Below the pieces are notes generated by a model. That model was given only the letters and a program-made list of their open reading frames with translations, had not been told where the DNA came from and made no database searches. DNA of 64,000 nucleotides from an uncultured Chloroflexia bacterium. GTDB taxonomy: Bacteria; Chloroflexota; Chloroflexia; Thermomicrobiales; UBA6265. The stretch is from positions 192,001-256,000 of the forward strand of contig CAVRUC010000010.1 in the NCBI GenBank assembly GCA_963724295.1. Reading direction: 5' to 3'. Shown in pieces: positions 57,571-64,000 of this stretch (positions are counted from its first letter, which is position 1; the number at the start of each line of letters is the position of its first letter). The translations under genes and the position numbers were made by a program.

Positions 57571-58344
57571 TCAACGTTCTTGCTCCTGTGCTTCACCTGC
57601 TGAACCCCGCTCGCTCAACTCGTGGACGAGGCGCTTGAGCTCCGCGATCTCCTGCCGCAGATCGTCCGCAGGCTGCTGACCCTGGTCCGGTTCGGATGTT
57701 TTCGGTGCCAGGAAGGCATTGGCCAGGAAGCCGGTGAGAACGCCGAACAGCCCGATGCCGATCGTGAGCATCGCCACACCTACCACCCGCCCGCTGGTGG
57801 TCACGGGAAAGCGGTCGCCATAGCCGACCGTGGTGACCGTTACGTAGGACCACCACAGCGCGTCGGAGGCGGTCAGGATGTTGGCGTTGTCCGCCCGCGC
57901 CTCCGCTGCCAGCACAAACATGCTCCCGAACTGGAGCACAATGATGGTGAGGAAGAGGGTTCCCAGGAGGGCGCTGCCGGCGCGATCGACGGCGATCATC
58001 TCCCAGACGCCGCGCGGCCCGTACTGGTGGACGATCCTGGAGACGCGGGCCATGCGGAACAGGCGAGCGAGCCGCAGCCCGGGGAAGGGCAGACTGCCGA
58101 GGAAGTCAAGCCAGCCTCCCTCGTGGATCAGGTACGTCCGCTTGTGTGGGGCGCGCTTGAGCCGCAGGAAGAAATCGGCCAGAAAGATGAGACAGAGCAC
58201 CCCGTCGACGATCAGGACGACATTGTGGACGGCGGCACTGAGCGGCGCGATGGCCAGGACCATGTTGACGATCGAGAGGACCGACAGCGCCAGCACGAAG
58301 ATGTCGAAATTGGTCAAGTCCTGGTCGCTGGCGTGCGCCGTCAT
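57571..58344 (-). CDS. 6-TM potassium channel (KvAP-like)
   Basis: S4-like RLARLFRMARVSR; pore DALWWSYVTVTTVGYGD; C-terminal coiled coil. Confidence 0.92.
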   Translation of the reverse strand: MTAHASDQDLTNFDIFVLALSVLSIVNMVLAIAPLSAAVHNVVLIVDGVLCLIFLADFFLRLKRAPHKRTYLIHEGGWLDFLGSLPFPGLRLARLFRMARVSRIVHQYGPRGVWEMIAVDRAGSALLGTLFLTIIVLQFGSMFVLAAEARADNANILTASDALWWSYVTVTTVGYGDRFPVTTSGRVVGVAMLTIGIGLFGVLTGFLANAFLAPKTSEPDQGQQPADDLRQEIAELKRLVHELSERGSAGEAQEQER

Positions 58345-58378
58345 ATGATGGTCCCCTCGCTCGACCGCTCGGTCGCCC

Positions 58379-58807
58379 TCAGCGACTCCGAGGCGCACCG
58401 GGTGCCGCCTCTGTCTCCGGCAGGACCACATCGCCCGCTCGTGCCGCTCGTGCCATCGCCTCTTGCTCGGCGGCCCGCCACGGCCAGCGGCCGTCGATCT
58501 CGACGTCGATGCTCAGACTGAGCACCGTCCGCACCAGAACGATGACGGCCAGCACGACCACACTTTCCCGCGTCGGTTCGATGGCCACCGTCTTGATGAT
58601 GTCCCCGGCGACCAGGAACTCCAGTCCGAGCAGCAGCGAGCGACCCATAAACGTGCGCAGGCGCGTGTAGGCATCGCGGATTGGCGCCTGCCGCAGCAGG
58701 TCCCAGGCAAAGAGTCCGATACCGATGACCACGCCAGCAGCGATCACCACGACACCGACGACCTCGATCACTTCGGCGATCACGGAGATGACGTGGCTCG
58801 TTTCCAT
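58379..58807 (-). CDS. DUF1622 membrane protein
   Basis: GRSLLLGLEFLVAGDIIKT..IVLVRTVLS..EIDGRWPW. Confidence 0.92.
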   Translation of the reverse strand: METSHVISVIAEVIEVVGVVVIAAGVVIGIGLFAWDLLRQAPIRDAYTRLRTFMGRSLLLGLEFLVAGDIIKTVAIEPTRESVVVLAVIVLVRTVLSLSIDVEIDGRWPWRAAEQEAMARAARAGDVVLPETEAAPGAPRSR

Positions 58808-58925
58808 GGTCCTGGCTCCCGCGCCCCTACGCTCGGACGATCATCGTCGGGTGACTTGCCCGCTTGAGTACGCTGCACAGTGGAGAACGACGCGCGACCG
58901 TTCCGGCGCTTTTCGGTAGGCGGGC

Positions 58926-59804
58926 TCAGACCGTGCCGGGAACGCCAACACCGGCCGCCGGTTGGCCAACCCGCTTCCCCATCTCGGCGGCGGCAACAAA
59001 GAGCACAAGCGAGAGCGCCAACCCGGCGACCAATGCCAATACCAGAGTGTCTCCACCGAAGCTTGTGGCCGCTACCAACAGCGCAGCCGAGAGATTGCGC
59101 TGGGCGGTCCCGAGACCGGCGACCTTTTGCGTGTCCGGGCCGCTCCCCGCGCTCAAGAACCATCCGATGGCGATACCGCCGATAGCCAGCAAGACGGCGC
59201 CAATGATGATCCAACTGCCGATGGCGCCGAAGATTTCGTCGTAGGCCATGAGGATGATCGCCGCGAAGGCGATGACCAGACTCATGCTCGAGATGCGCCC
59301 CAGATCCGGCGCCCAATTCACCGCGAGGTCCGGGTAGCGCGCCCGCACCAGCATCGCCAACGCCAGCGGCAGCAGCATGAGAACAATGAGCGGTTTGGCG
59401 ACGTCCCAGGGGGCGACCGTAGCCCCCTCCACCACCCGCGGCAGGATAATCGGCGCGTAGCCGATGGTCACCACCATCAAGAGCACCATCATTCCGACCG
59501 AAAATGCCACGTCGCCCTTGGCCATCTGGGCGAGTTTCGGGATGAACGGCGCTCCGGCCATCGTTCCCAGGAGGAGCAATGCCGTGCCGGCAGGCGTCTC
59601 CAGAGGTAAGAGGCGGTCGAGGAGAACCGACAGGGCGGGGACCGCGACGAAGTTGCCCAGCAGCACGCCGCCCAGCAAGCGGCCATTGCGCAGGGGGGTG
59701 ACGACTTGCGCCAGCGTCACGCTCATGCCGACCGAGAGCATGCTCGTGACGACGAAGGCCAGGATGCCGACCTGAGCCACGATCTCGAGTGTCTCACTGA
59801 TCAT
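58926..59804 (-). CDS. Bile acid:sodium symporter (BASS) family protein
   Basis: MLSVG, NFVAVP, AGAPFIPKL, GTAQRNLSAA. Confidence 0.87.
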   Translation of the reverse strand: MISETLEIVAQVGILAFVVTSMLSVGMSVTLAQVVTPLRNGRLLGGVLLGNFVAVPALSVLLDRLLPLETPAGTALLLLGTMAGAPFIPKLAQMAKGDVAFSVGMMVLLMVVTIGYAPIILPRVVEGATVAPWDVAKPLIVLMLLPLALAMLVRARYPDLAVNWAPDLGRISSMSLVIAFAAIILMAYDEIFGAIGSWIIIGAVLLAIGGIAIGWFLSAGSGPDTQKVAGLGTAQRNLSAALLVAATSFGGDTLVLALVAGLALSLVLFVAAAEMGKRVGQPAAGVGVPGTV

Positions 59805-60009
59805 CCTCACCCTCCTCTGGCTTCGTCTGGATGGGGGCAGGCCAGCGCCCAACGGCGGCCCGCACTGTCGCACCCTATCAGGACCCAGGCTCGTCTTCAT
59901 CCACCGGTGGCGCCGCCTCGCGGCATGAACAAGCTGTGGGAACCGTGGGGCAGCGGGTCGTCCATCCTGGAAATGATGGCCTTGAGAGGAGCAACCGTCT
60001 CTTCCGTGG

Positions 60010-60557
60010 TCATCCCCTGTTCACGTACAGGTCGGCCGCGGTGTCGATGGTCAATCCGGAGCCAAAGTGCGGTCCGCCGCCGACGTTGAACACTCCCGCG
60101 AGCCGCTGCGGATACGAGCCGGCGGCGATGATCGCCTCGGACCAGGTGTCGAGGGAGGCGAAGAGCTCGTCCGCGTCATCCCCGATGGCGTCCAGCACCG
60201 GTCGTTCGAGCGCGTCAGTGCGGACCTCGATCTCCTCCCGAAACGCGCGGCCCGCGTCGGTGAGCTGCTCATCGCTGGTTATCAGCCCCCGCCGCGTGAG
60301 CCGGTCGAAGCCCGCGTCCATGTCGGCGGTGGTCCAGCCGCGACGACCTCCCCCGGCACCTGGCCGAGGCAGGCGCCGCGACTGGTGAAGTACGCGTTCA
60401 GCTCCGGGCGAGCCACGCCGTCCTGGGTGACGGGACTGTCTCCAAACCCTAGCTCGACATACGCCGCGTGCGCTTCCGGGGCGAAATACACACCGGCCGC
60501 GACCGGCTCCACGGCGTTGCGCAGCCGGCGAGCCCGCTCCTGAAAATCGGCCGTCAT
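60010..60557 (-). pseudogene. SCO6745-family gene with internal deletion
   Basis: N-part (EPVAAGVYFAPE..YFTSRGACLG..EVVAA) joined out of frame to C-part (RGW..LTDAGRAFREEIEVRTD) at about 60340. Confidence 0.7.
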
Positions 60558-60588
60558 GAGGTGGTTCCCCCGCGATGGGGATGCGCGG

Positions 60589-62955
60589 CTACTGAATCGC
60601 CATCGCGACCCGCCAGCGCTCAGCGTCGCTGACCTCGTGGTCCGCGTCATCCAGTTTGAGGTCGATCTGGACCCCCTTGATCGTGCCGGTGAACGGGTTG
60701 CCCTCGATCTTCAGGTCCGGCCCGATCGAGGCGCCGAACTTGTTGCCGACCAGCGCCGTCGAGTCGGCAGAGAAGACGGAGGCGTGGGTGTGCTCGACCC
60801 GGCCCTCGCCGATCTGCTTGCCGTCGACGTAGAGGGTGGCCGTGCCGCCCTTGCCGAGACCGCCGCCGTCGTAGGCGAACTCCAGGCGCACTTGATGCTC
60901 GCCGGCTGGCAACGGGTCCGGTGTCTCGACTTCATACATCTCGAGCCCGAGGAAGTTGTAGATGTACTTGAGCTTCCCCTCGTGCGCGTAGATCGCCCAG
61001 CCGCCGAAGTTGGCTCCCTGGGCGATGATCACCCCCTCCACACCCGACTCCGGGATCGTCACATTGGACGTCACCGCATAGGACTTGTTCTTGATATCGA
61101 CGACGGTGTTCTCCCCCATCGCCATCCCCGGGAAGAGGACTTGCGTATCCCCCTTGATCAGCGTGGGTCGGCCGGCCATCGCCGGGATAAACCGCTCCAT
61201 GCGGCGGTCGTCCAGCGGCAGGACCTGGTAGCGAGCCGCTTCGATCAGGAACTGCCGCTGCAGCTCGGCGAGTTTCTCGGGCATCTCCGCGGCCAGGTCG
61301 TGGGCTTGCGTCCAGTCGGTAGTGGTGTCGTAGAGCTCCCAGACGTCGTCGTTGAAGGGGGTCGGTTGTGCCGAGATTTCCCACGGGACGGAGTGGCGGG
61401 TGACCGCGGTCCAGCCATCGTAGTAGATGCCGCGGTTGCCGAATATCTCGAAGTACTGGATGGTGTGCTGGTCTGGCGCGCTGCCATCATTGAAGCTGTA
61501 GAGCATGCTGACGCCTTCCATCGGCGATTGCATGACGCCCTCGACGTAGGTCGGCTCGGGAATATCTGCCGCTTCGAGGATGGTCGGTGCCACGTCGATG
61601 ATGTGGCTGAACTGAGAGCGCACCTCGCCTTTGGTCCCGATGCCAGACGGCCAGTGGACAATCGTGCCGTTACGCGTGCCGCCCCAGTGGGAGGCGACCT
61701 GCTTGGTCCACTGGTAGGGGGTGTCCATGGCGTGCGCCCAGCCGACCGCGTAGTGGGGATACGAGTCGCGGCCGCCCCACCCGTCGAGGTGCGCCATCAG
61801 GAACTCGGGGGTTTCCAGGTCGGCCATGCCGTTGAAGTTGATCATCTCGTTGAAGGTGCCGTTGAGGGTTCCTTCCGCCGAGGCGCCGTTGTCGCCGATG
61901 ATGTAGTAGATGAGGGTGTCGTCGAGAATCTCCATCTGCTCCAGCAGGTCGACCAGCTGGCCGACGTAGTGGTCGGTGTGCTCCAGGAACCCGGCGTAGG
62001 TCTCCATCTGGCGGCGCAGGACCGGCTTCAACTCCTCCGGCATGTCCTTCCAGGCAGGAATCTGCTCCGGGCGTGGCGTCAGCTCGGCGTCGGCAGGAAT
62101 GACCCCCAGCTCCTTCTGGCGGGCGAAGGTGCGCTCGCGCAAGGCATCCCACCCCTCATCGAACTTCCCTTTGTACTTGTCGATCCACTCCGCGGGGACC
62201 TGGTGTGGGGCGTGGGTGGCGCCGGGAGCCCAGTAGATGAAGAAGGGCTTGTCCGGGTAGATCGCCTTCTGCGCCTTGATCCAATCGCTCGCCTTGCCGG
62301 CCATATCCTCCGTGAAGTGATAGGCGGGGTCGTTCGGCACCTCGACCCGGGTGAGATTGTCGAAGACCTCGGGGAACCATTGGTTGGTCTCGCCGCCGAC
62401 GAAGCCGTAGAACTTCTCGAAGCCCTGCATCGTCGGCCAGTGGTCGAATGGTCCCATGGGGCTCGTCTCCCAGACGGGGATCTCATGGCACTTGCCGAAC
62501 TGGGCCGTGGAGTAGCCGTTGTCGCGCAGGGTCTTGGCCACGGGTGCCTTGGTGTTGGGAATCATCGAGGTGTAGCCGGGTGCGGCCGCCGCCAGCTCGG
62601 TGATGGCGCCCATCCCGGCCGAGTGGTGATTGCGCCCGGTCAGCAGCGCCGCTCGGGTGGCGGAGCAGAGCGCCGTGGTGTGGAAGCGGTTGTACTTGAG
62701 GCCATTCGCCGCCAGGCGCTCCGCGGTGGGCGTGTTAATCGGACCACCGAAGGCACTGGAGGCGCCGAACCCGACGTCGTCGATCAGCACCACCAGCACG
62801 TTTGGCGCGCCTTTGGGGGGGCGAATCCCCTGGATCCGCGGGAAGACTGCCGCCGGGTCATTGGCGTCGTAGTACACCGGGCCTGCGTACGCCTCGTTCG
62901 GGATCGGGAGGTTGTCGCGGCTTGGTCCTCGCTGATTCTGGCGGGTATCACTCAA
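60589..62955 (-). CDS. Large arylsulfatase (788 aa) with C-terminal beta-sandwich domain
   Basis: PNVLVVLIDDVG, LCSATRAALLTGRNHH, GKCH, GDNG, ASHWGGTR. Confidence 0.95.
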   Translation of the reverse strand: MSDTRQNQRGPSRDNLPIPNEAYAGPVYYDANDPAAVFPRIQGIRPPKGAPNVLVVLIDDVGFGASSAFGGPINTPTAERLAANGLKYNRFHTTALCSATRAALLTGRNHHSAGMGAITELAAAAPGYTSMIPNTKAPVAKTLRDNGYSTAQFGKCHEIPVWETSPMGPFDHWPTMQGFEKFYGFVGGETNQWFPEVFDNLTRVEVPNDPAYHFTEDMAGKASDWIKAQKAIYPDKPFFIYWAPGATHAPHQVPAEWIDKYKGKFDEGWDALRERTFARQKELGVIPADAELTPRPEQIPAWKDMPEELKPVLRRQMETYAGFLEHTDHYVGQLVDLLEQMEILDDTLIYYIIGDNGASAEGTLNGTFNEMINFNGMADLETPEFLMAHLDGWGGRDSYPHYAVGWAHAMDTPYQWTKQVASHWGGTRNGTIVHWPSGIGTKGEVRSQFSHIIDVAPTILEAADIPEPTYVEGVMQSPMEGVSMLYSFNDGSAPDQHTIQYFEIFGNRGIYYDGWTAVTRHSVPWEISAQPTPFNDDVWELYDTTTDWTQAHDLAAEMPEKLAELQRQFLIEAARYQVLPLDDRRMERFIPAMAGRPTLIKGDTQVLFPGMAMGENTVVDIKNKSYAVTSNVTIPESGVEGVIIAQGANFGGWAIYAHEGKLKYIYNFLGLEMYEVETPDPLPAGEHQVRLEFAYDGGGLGKGGTATLYVDGKQIGEGRVEHTHASVFSADSTALVGNKFGASIGPDLKIEGNPFTGTIKGVQIDLKLDDADHEVSDAERWRVAMAIQ

Positions 62956-63002
62956 GGTTGTCTCTCCTACGCTTCATCTCAGCGCTCGCCGCCCGGGGCG
63001 CG

Positions 63003-63745
63003 TTACGGAGTCGGTGTGGCGCGCTCCCTCGTCGTGTCGGAGAGTGGCCGAGCTCGAGCGGATGGTCCTCATCGCCCGGTTGTCCCATCAGGACGAGGTC
63101 GTAGGTCGTGTCGCCCTCCAGCACCATGCCGGGCACCGTCAGAGCGACCTCACCCGAATCCGCCAGGGTCACGTCGAAGTCATACGTTCCGGCCGGCACG
63201 ACGGTGTAGGCCGATGTCGCCGAGTAGGGAAGCTGCCGTGCGAACACCTGGCTCTCTTCGTTCGCGGTGACCGTGACCGCCGGAAGCGCGACCGAGGCCT
63301 GGACGATACGGACGCGCGCACCGCGGTCGGGGACGGGGTTCGTGTCGAAGACGCCGCCGATGACGAGAGGATCGGTGACGATCAGGTAGTAGTCGTTGTC
63401 GGCGGGAGCCGGGTAGACCGCGTCGAAGACGGCGTAGTTGAAGCCGGCCCGGTCCGCGGTAATCGTGACGCGGGCGCCTCCCGGCTGGAAGTCAATCCAG
63501 TCGCTCAGCTGGCCGTAGGTGAACTCGTCGAGCACCTCGTCGTAGTTGATGTGGACTTCGAGCTTACCCAGGCCCGGATCGGCGTGCAGCACCTGTACCC
63601 GCGTCTGGATCGCCAGATCTTCCTGCGCTGCCGCAGGCTGCACCGCAACCGGTCCTAACACCGACGCCACCATCGTGGCCACCAGCAGAACCACCATCCC
63701 GACATGCCCGCAGGCTCGTGCAGTCCATACGCTGTTTCGCATCAA
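63003..63745 (-). CDS. Secreted DUF4397 domain protein; likely frameshift near the 3' end
   Basis: Signal ..AAAQ; TRVQVLHADP, ARVRIVQAS, YTVVPAGTYD; probable true stop TAA 63003-63005. Confidence 0.8.
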
Positions 63746-64000
63746 ACGTTCTCCTCCACGCCGCGGGACCGGCAGGTCGCTGTTTGGGATCGTAATCCAA
63801 CCTAGCGATCACTGGGTCGTCGCATGCGGCGCATTGCTGTATTCGACGCGTTCCTTACCGGAGCCGAACGGCGAGCCGACCCTAGTGCGACATCTGGTCG
63901 ATACAGACCGTGGCTGCCAGGATCAGGACATCGTTCTGTCCCGGGGCAATCTCGATGCCATAGGAGTCGCGTACCCGGAACCACTTCTTCGAGACCGTGG

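Noticed and set aside
60556..63270. 904-aa plus-strand ORF, and similar long ORFs at 52697..54478, 18015..19577 and 40423..41595
   Set aside because: Antisense shadows of well-supported genes; high-GC codon bias suppresses stops and no motifs are recognisable

Overview
High-GC bacterial DNA, probably Chloroflexota (Thermomicrobiales-like; inferred from Tat leaders followed by ATPAA-type linkers, MDxxRFD-led Cys-rich proteins and Yip1/DUF4397 content). It holds about 60 accessory genes. I found no rRNA, tRNA, CRISPR array or transposase. More than a dozen genes carry 1-bp frameshifts, most likely long-read assembly errors. Best candidates for new biology: (1) a B12-binding radical SAM protein whose apparent UGA stop (12332-12334) reads as selenocysteine (C-U-A-E-P tail, SECIS-like hairpin), followed by a Tat-exported DsrE-like protein and a SelA-like PLP enzyme; (2) an 872-aa pentameric ligand-gated ion channel fused to a TPR, an extra TM anchor and a LivK-type Venus-flytrap domain, with a GlyR-like M2 helix; (3) a Tat-type precursor with three tandem C-C-CC-C-C knottin-like units; (4) an ECF sigma/RskA - DUF4331 - TPR - His-rich Ni/Co transporter module with two matching TGATCC-N17-CGTATG promoters. 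Also present: a VOC cluster with ECF42-like promoters, a catabolic ABC/tarD cluster lacking ATPases, a two-sulfatase/FGE island rich in ion transporters, and several families of intergenic palindromic and short tandem repeats.
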